Positions 58,299 to 64,000 of a stretch of 64,000 nt of DNA are shown here, piece after piece. The stretch comes from Thermoanaerobaculia bacterium (lineage in GTDB: Bacteria; Acidobacteriota; Thermoanaerobaculia; UBA5066): the NCBI GenBank assembly GCA_963719225.1, contig CAVRAY010000001.1:3328001-3392000 (forward strand). The letters are read 5' to 3'. How positions within the stretch are numbered: the first letter of the stretch is position 1; every line of letters begins with the position of its first letter. Position numbers and translations under genes: made by a program. A model generated the notes under the pieces. That model made no database searches and was not told the origin of the DNA. It worked only from the letters and a program-made list of their open reading frames with translations.

Positions 58299-58601
58299 AT
58301 GAATCCGTCGGCCCTTTTCGAGGTGAAGGGATTCACGGGACTGGTCCTCCTCGCGTTCGCGGGAATTCTCTTCCTCATCCTCGTCATCTCGTTCCGCTCC
58401 CGCGCTACCGTGTTCTGTCAGTACCTCAAGGCGATGACGGGCGTCGAGCTCAAGCCGCGTCAGGTGCGTAGCGTCTACAAGGACCGCGGGAAAAACGGCG
58501 TGCGCGAGATGTTTCTAGACCTCATCATCAAGGAAGACCTTCGTCAGACCGGCCCTCTCCAGATACCCAAGGACGTCAAGGCGCCCGCGTCGAAGAGCTG
58601 A
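58299..58601 (+). CDS. small membrane-anchored hypothetical protein
   Basis: One N-terminal TM, host-like codon usage, GAAGG SD. Confidence 0.65.
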   Translation: MNPSALFEVKGFTGLVLLAFAGILFLILVISFRSRATVFCQYLKAMTGVELKPRQVRSVYKDRGKNGVREMFLDLIIKEDLRQTGPLQIPKDVKAPASKS

Positions 58602-58624
58602 GGGGCGCGAGGCTTCCACGCGTT

Positions 58625-58640
58625 CGGCACGTTCTCTGCT
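58625..58640 (+). promoter_or_regulatory. sigma54-type promoter
   Basis: CGGCACGTTCTCTGCT = GG-N10-GC upstream of the VWA gene. Confidence 0.5.
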
Positions 58641-58677
58641 CCATCCGGCCTCGATGCCCGGCACCGTCCTCTCGAGG

Positions 58678-60585
58678 ATGCGTCGCGCCCTCGCGGCCGC
58701 CTTCGGCCTGCTGCTCGCGGCTTCGCCGGCCGCCCCGCAGGACAAGCCGCCGGAAACTCCCCGGAGGGAGGGCGGCGTCGTCGCGACGGAAGAGGTCCAG
58801 GTCCTGACGCTGGACGTCCTCGCCCTCGACAAGAAGGGCCGGCCCGTGTTCGGGCTCGTCGCGGCCGACTTCGAGGTGCGCGTCGCCGGAAAGATCCAGA
58901 CGATCGACTTCTTCGAGCCCCCCCGCGAGCCCGCGGTCCGGGGGACGGGAGCTCCGAAGGAAGGCCGGCCCGACTCTGAGGAAAGGATCGCCGGCACGAC
59001 GACGCCCTTCGAAGCCAGGGGCGCGACGCGGCACGTGCTCTTCTACGTGGACCTCGAGCAGCTCCCGAAGAGGACGATCTACGAATCCGCGAAGGCGATC
59101 CGAAGCGCCCTGGAGCACCCGGCCGCGGGGCGCTACTCCCTGGCGGCAAACTTCGTGAGGGCCTCGACGCGCGTCTGGGACTCGGACGCGCCCGACGCGA
59201 TCCTCGCCGAGGCGGACGCGATGGCGGCGGAGGCCTCGAGCGGCGAGTCGGTGACCTCGCGCACGAGCGCGTCGGGGCGCGAGCGCGGCCTCGCGACGGC
59301 CGTACCGTCCGTGGCCCCCGCGTCGTACGAGGAGCGTTGGAATCTCGAGAAGACGCTGATCGAGGACCTCATCGCGGCCGAGTCAGCGGGGCCGGGTGCC
59401 GACACGCGTGGGCAGGTGCAGGCCATCGTGGAATACGTCTCCGCCGAGGGCCGGCGGGTGAAGACCTCCGTCGAGAACCTGCGCGAGACGGCGGGGCGGC
59501 TCGCGGCGCTCGAGGGGCCGCGGCACATGTTCATTCTCTCCGAAGGCATCGAGCGCGTCCCGGGCTTCAACTTCCTCTCGCGGCTCAAAGCCGAGGAGGA
59601 CGCTCGCCTCAGGAGCTCCACGACTGCGGGCGGCGCGGGCGGGCCGTTGGGCACGGCAGCGCCGCCCTGGGCGCCGGGGGCGACACGCGCCGTCGCCGGG
59701 GGGCGGTTCGCGTTCAACGCGATCCCGCTCCGCGAAGTGGACGAGCTCGAGCGTTGGCTCGCCGCGTCGGGCGTCATCGTCCACTACATGGATCCCAGTC
59801 CTCTCGGAATGGACCTTCCGAGCGCCGAGGATCGATTCGCCTTCGAGTCCGGCCAGCGGCGGGAAGGGGCGAAGAACCTCCACGACACGCCGCTGCGGTT
59901 CGCGTCCGAGACCGGCGGCCTGACGCGCCTTTCCGGGAACGACCTCTCCGGCGCCCTCGGCGACCTCCTCGACGCGACGTCGTCCACGTACCGCCTCGGC
60001 GTGCGCCTGCAGGGCGTGGATCCGAAGAAGACCTACTCCGTGAAGGTGTCGACGCGCAAGGCAGGCGTCAACATGCTCGCGCGGACGGCGTTCAAGCCGG
60101 CCTCGACCGCTCCGCAGACCGCGGCCGCGCTTTCCTCGGAGGCGCGTCACGCGGGACTCGCGGCCCGTGCGGACGAGCGCCGCCCGGGCGTCGCCCGCCT
60201 CGCGAAGAAGCCGCTGCCCGTCGTCCTGGAGTGGAAGGGCCTCTCGTCGCTTCGCTCGAACGACCCCGCCAAGCCGTTCTGGAAGCTCGACGTGAAGATC
60301 CCGCACGAGGCGCTCACCTTCCGTCCGGAGGAAGACGTCTTTCTCGCGAGCGTCCAGATCGCCGTCGAGGCCGTCGCGGTGGACGGGCCGCTGCGCGACT
60401 CCTTCGCCGACGACTGGCTCCTCTCCTACTCGGGTCCAGAGTACAAGGAGGCACGCGACCGGGACGCCGTCCGCACCGTCACGCTGCAGCTCCCGCCGGG
60501 CCGCTGGGAGCTGAAAGTCTCCGTCCACGATGCGCTCGGCGAGACCTTCGGCGCCGCGGCCGTGCGCGTCGAGGCCGCGCGCTGA
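58678..60585 (+). CDS. exported VWA-related (Acidobacterial-type) domain protein
   Basis: Signal peptide, LDVLALDKKGRPV.GL...DFEV, ILSEG, A.ETGG, Y.LG motifs. Confidence 0.8.
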   Translation: MRRALAAAFGLLLAASPAAPQDKPPETPRREGGVVATEEVQVLTLDVLALDKKGRPVFGLVAADFEVRVAGKIQTIDFFEPPREPAVRGTGAPKEGRPDSEERIAGTTTPFEARGATRHVLFYVDLEQLPKRTIYESAKAIRSALEHPAAGRYSLAANFVRASTRVWDSDAPDAILAEADAMAAEASSGESVTSRTSASGRERGLATAVPSVAPASYEERWNLEKTLIEDLIAAESAGPGADTRGQVQAIVEYVSAEGRRVKTSVENLRETAGRLAALEGPRHMFILSEGIERVPGFNFLSRLKAEEDARLRSSTTAGGAGGPLGTAAPPWAPGATRAVAGGRFAFNAIPLREVDELERWLAASGVIVHYMDPSPLGMDLPSAEDRFAFESGQRREGAKNLHDTPLRFASETGGLTRLSGNDLSGALGDLLDATSSTYRLGVRLQGVDPKKTYSVKVSTRKAGVNMLARTAFKPASTAPQTAAALSSEARHAGLAARADERRPGVARLAKKPLPVVLEWKGLSSLRSNDPAKPFWKLDVKIPHEALTFRPEEDVFLASVQIAVEAVAVDGPLRDSFADDWLLSYSGPEYKEARDRDAVRTVTLQLPPGRWELKVSVHDALGETFGAAAVRVEAAR

Positions 60586-60603
60586 TCCCGTAGACTCGCC
60601 CGG

Positions 60604-62055
60604 ATGGACGAGCCGCTCGGGGACTTCCCTCCCGACGCGTTCCGCGAGATGGGGCACGCCGCGGTGGAGCGGCTCGCGCGCTACTTCGAGACGCTCGAGT
60701 CGCGACCCGTCCTCGCACGGACGAAGCCGGGCGAGGTCCTCGCGCAGATGCCCCGCCGGGCGCCGGAAGAGCCCGAGCCGTGGGAGGCGATCGAGCGCGA
60801 CCTCGACCGCCTCGTGGAGCCGAACCTCACGCACTGGCAGCACCCCGGCTACCTCGCGTACTTCGCGAACACGGGCTCGGCCCCCGGAATCGTGGGCGAT
60901 TTCCTCGCGGCCGGCTACAACCAGGTCGGCATCCTCTGGCGCACTTCGCCCGTCCTCACGGAGCTCGAGCAGGGAGTCGTGCGGTGGCTGCTCGAGCTCG
61001 TCGGGCTTCCGTGGGGGCCGGGCGGCTTCGACGGACAGCTGGCCGACACGGCCTCGACGGCTTCTCTGATCGCGCTCGCGGCCGCACGCGAGGAGGCGTT
61101 TCCCGACGTCCGCAAGACCGGCCTTTCGGGCCGTCCTCCCGGCGTCGTCTACTGCTCGGAGCTCGCGCACTCGTCGATCGACAAGGCGTGCGTCGTCCTC
61201 GGGCTCGGCACCGAAGGGCTGCGGAAGATTCCGGTCGACGCGCAGTTCCGGATGGACGCGAACGTCCTCGAGTCGGAGATCGCGAAAGACCGGGCGGCCG
61301 GCCGCGTCCCCGTCGCCGTCGTCGCCACCGCCGGCACGACCACGGTGACGTCCGTCGATCCGCTTCAGGCGCTCGCCGACCTCTGCGAGCGCGAGCGGAT
61401 CTGGCTTCACGTGGACGCGGCCTACGCGGGCTCGGCCGCGGCGCTGCCGGAGATGCGCCCGCTCTTCGCGGGCTGGGAGCGCGCGGACTCCGTCGTCTTC
61501 AATCCGCACAAGTGGATGCTCGTGCCCCTCGAGTGCACCGGCCTCTTCTTCCGGCAGATGGAGCGCGTGCGGCTCGCCTTCTCCGTCGTGCCGAACTACC
61601 TCGAGACGCCCGAAGGGCAGACGGTGCGCGAGTACATGGACTACGGAGTGCAGCTCGGCCGGCGCTTCCGCGCTCTCAAGATGTGGATGACGCTGCGCGC
61701 CTTCGGCGCGTCCGGCGTGAGGGCCCGCCTCCGCGGCCACGTCGCTCTCGCCCGCGCCCTCCGCGGCGTTCTCGAGCGCGAAGAGGGAGTCGAGATCGCC
61801 GCGCCCGTGCCGTTCTCGGTGATCGCGTTCCGCTGGACGTCCCCGGACCTCACCCCGCAGGAGACCGACGCCGCGAACGCCCGGATCCTCGCCCGGATCA
61901 ATGCGGAAGGCCGCTCGTTCATCTCGCACGCTCTCGTCCGGGGCCGGTACACGCTTCGCGTCGCGATCGGCAACGTCCGCACCTCTCGCCGCCATCTCCA
62001 GGCGTTCCTCGCCGATCTCCGGGCCGCGGTCGCGTCAGAGAGTGAGGGCGCCTGA
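60604..62055 (+). CDS. PLP-dependent aromatic-L-amino-acid decarboxylase family protein
   Basis: THWQHP.Y.AYF, AHSSIDKA, ATAGTT, WLHVDAAY, NPHKW (PLP lysine), LGRRFRALK. Confidence 0.92.
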   Translation: MDEPLGDFPPDAFREMGHAAVERLARYFETLESRPVLARTKPGEVLAQMPRRAPEEPEPWEAIERDLDRLVEPNLTHWQHPGYLAYFANTGSAPGIVGDFLAAGYNQVGILWRTSPVLTELEQGVVRWLLELVGLPWGPGGFDGQLADTASTASLIALAAAREEAFPDVRKTGLSGRPPGVVYCSELAHSSIDKACVVLGLGTEGLRKIPVDAQFRMDANVLESEIAKDRAAGRVPVAVVATAGTTTVTSVDPLQALADLCERERIWLHVDAAYAGSAAALPEMRPLFAGWERADSVVFNPHKWMLVPLECTGLFFRQMERVRLAFSVVPNYLETPEGQTVREYMDYGVQLGRRFRALKMWMTLRAFGASGVRARLRGHVALARALRGVLEREEGVEIAAPVPFSVIAFRWTSPDLTPQETDAANARILARINAEGRSFISHALVRGRYTLRVAIGNVRTSRRHLQAFLADLRAAVASESEGA

Positions 62056-64000
62056 GAAGAATGCGGGAACCTCGTCGAGGGGAGCGGGACGCCCGATCAG
62101 ATACCCCTGCACGACGTCGCAGCCGAGCTCCCTCAGCGTCGCGAGCTGGTCCTTCGTCTCGACCCCCTCGGCGACGGTCGAGAGCCCGAGGCTGTGCGCC
62201 GTCTGGATGACCGCGCCGACGATCGAGCGGTCCGCCGGAACCCTCGCGACGTCCCTCACGAACTCCCGGTCGATCTTCAGGACGTGAATCGGAAACTTCT
62301 TGAGGTAGGTCAGGGACGAGTGTCCGGTTCCGAAGTCGTCGATCGCGAGACGGATCCCGCGCTCACGCGCGGCGCGAAGGGCCTGGATCGTCAAATCGAG
62401 GTTCTGCATCGCGGCGCTCTCGGTGACTTCGAGCTCGAGGTCCTGGGGGGAGAGCCCCGCCTCCTGGAGGGCGCGGTCGATCGACTCGAGCAGGTTCCCG
62501 TGCTGGAACTGCCGGGCCGAGAGGTTCACGCCGACGCGGACGTCCGGGTGACCGGCGTCGTGCCAGGCGCGCGCCGCCATGCAGGCGTCGTGGAGAACCC
62601 ACTCCCCGATCGGAACGATGAGCCGCGAGTCCTCCGCGGCCGCGATGAACACCGCCGGCTCGAGCGGCGGACCCTTGCCGTCGCGGCCCCATCGGAGCAG
62701 CGCCTCGAGGGCGACGATCTTCCCCGTCGAAAGGGAGCGCTGCGGCTGGAAGTACAGCAGGAACTCGCGGCGCGCCAGAGCGCGTCTCAGGCCGCTGTCG
62801 AGCGACGCGCGCTCGACGGCGGCGGCGCTGAGCGCCGGCGTCGCGAACTGGAAGCCGTTCCGGCCCAGGTCCTTGGCGCGGTAGAGGGCCGTGTCGGCGT
62901 CCTTGCGGAGGCTGTCGGCTTCGAATCCGTCGCGCGGGCAGAGGCTCACGCCGATGCTCGTCGTCACGAAAAGCGGGTGTCCCTCGACCTCGAAGGGCTG
63001 GGCGACCGCCTCGAGGAGCTTCTCCGCGATCGGCGCGACCTTCTCGGGGGTCGCGGCGTCCGCGAGAATGATCGAGAACTCGTCGCCACCAAGGCGCGCC
63101 ACCGTGTCCCCGTCTCTCACGCACGCCACGAGCCGACGTCCGACTTCGAGGAGCAGCCGGTCCCCGATCTCGTGTCCGAGCGAGTCGTTGACGAGCTTGA
63201 ACCGGTCGAGGTCCAGCGTCAGGAGGGCGAGGCCGCGTCCGGAACGCCGGACGTGGGCGAGCGCGACGGCGAGCCGGTCTTGGAACAGCCGCCGGTTCGG
63301 AAGCCCCGTCAGCGTGTCGTGATAGGCCTGGAACTCGATCTGCTGCTCGGCGAGCTTGCGCAGCGTGATGTCGAAGATCGTTCCCTCGAGGACGAGGCCC
63401 GGGCCCTCTTCCGAGGGCACGAGCCCGGCGTTCGCCAGGATCCACACGACGTCGCCCTGCTTTCGCTTCAGGCGGAACTCGAAGTTCGTCAGCGGCCCGC
63501 CCTTCTGCAGAGCTTCGATCAGGCGTTCGCGATCCAACGGATCCACGTAGGGGTTGAAGAGCGTCCGGCCGACGATCTCGGAGCGGCCTTCGTACCCGAG
63601 GATGCGGGCGAAGGCGTCGTTGCAGTCCAGGATCAGGCTGTTCGGAGCGGACCGGAACACGCCGGCGAGGTTCCTCTCGAAGAGCCGTCTGTAGTGCTCC
63701 TCGGATTTCCTGAGCACTTCGGCCGCACGCCGTTTCTCGAGCACGAGGCCGAGGTGCTGGGACACGAACGTCAGGAGGTGCTTCTCGCGGTCCCCGTAAC
63801 GGCGGCTCTCCTCGTAGGTCTGCACGACCAGCACCCCGATCGTCTTCTCCCCGGCCTTCAGCGGCACGCCGATCCAGTCGAAGGAAGGCGCGCCGACGAG
63901 CTCCACTTCCCCCCGGGTCACGAGCTCCTCGAAGACCTCGGGGCTCGCGAGGAGCGGTTCCCCCGAGCGCAGAACCCAGTCCGTCAGCCTCTTGCGGGGC
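62035..64000 (-). CDS. GAF-PAS-GGDEF-EAL diguanylate cyclase/phosphodiesterase (5' end beyond window)
   Basis: HDTLTGLPNR, RLGGDEF, EALLRW, IDDFGTG, AEGVET; upstream PAS and GAF-like segments; frame appears open to the window edge. Confidence 0.92.
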   Translation of the reverse strand, partial: PRKRLTDWVLRSGEPLLASPEVFEELVTRGEVELVGAPSFDWIGVPLKAGEKTIGVLVVQTYEESRRYGDREKHLLTFVSQHLGLVLEKRRAAEVLRKSEEHYRRLFERNLAGVFRSAPNSLILDCNDAFARILGYEGRSEIVGRTLFNPYVDPLDRERLIEALQKGGPLTNFEFRLKRKQGDVVWILANAGLVPSEEGPGLVLEGTIFDITLRKLAEQQIEFQAYHDTLTGLPNRRLFQDRLAVALAHVRRSGRGLALLTLDLDRFKLVNDSLGHEIGDRLLLEVGRRLVACVRDGDTVARLGGDEFSIILADAATPEKVAPIAEKLLEAVAQPFEVEGHPLFVTTSIGVSLCPRDGFEADSLRKDADTALYRAKDLGRNGFQFATPALSAAAVERASLDSGLRRALARREFLLYFQPQRSLSTGKIVALEALLRWGRDGKGPPLEPAVFIAAAEDSRLIVPIGEWVLHDACMAARAWHDAGHPDVRVGVNLSARQFQHGNLLESIDRALQEAGLSPQDLELEVTESAAMQNLDLTIQALRAARERGIRLAIDDFGTGHSSLTYLKKFPIHVLKIDREFVRDVARVPADRSIVGAVIQTAHSLGLSTVAEGVETKDQLATLRELGCDVVQGYLIGRPAPLDEVPAFFSGALTL

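Overview
High-GC bacterial chromosomal window. The gene content suggests Acidobacteriota, possibly Thermoanaerobaculia-like (inference from the VWA-type exported protein, Ser/Thr kinase-TPR, CHAT/ECF module and many outer-membrane proteins). It holds tRNA-Ala(GGC), about 49 CDS, a cobalamin riboswitch upstream of btuB, several sigma54-type and sigma70-type promoters and two terminators. I found no CRISPR array, integrase or transposase. Most notable observations: (1) a co-oriented cluster of exported TPR-CHAT protease, ECF sigma factor, membrane anti-sigma-like protein, secreted RHS protein and Ig-rich protein; (2) a recurrent ~15-27 bp motif (TTCMCYTTCTAAGMA) in AT/pyrimidine-rich patches, mostly inside genes and usually as inverted pairs, at four loci 12-19 kb apart; (3) a Tat-signal TldD gene interrupted by one in-frame TAG; (4) a DUF4178/DUF350/SpeE/Tat-flavoprotein/SpeD operon with an unlisted 55-aa ORF; (5) two opposing sigma54 promoters sharing one -12 GC, with an apparent ATC start codon; (6) a palindromic element inserted in-frame in lhr. 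All calls come from reading the sequence; no searches were run.
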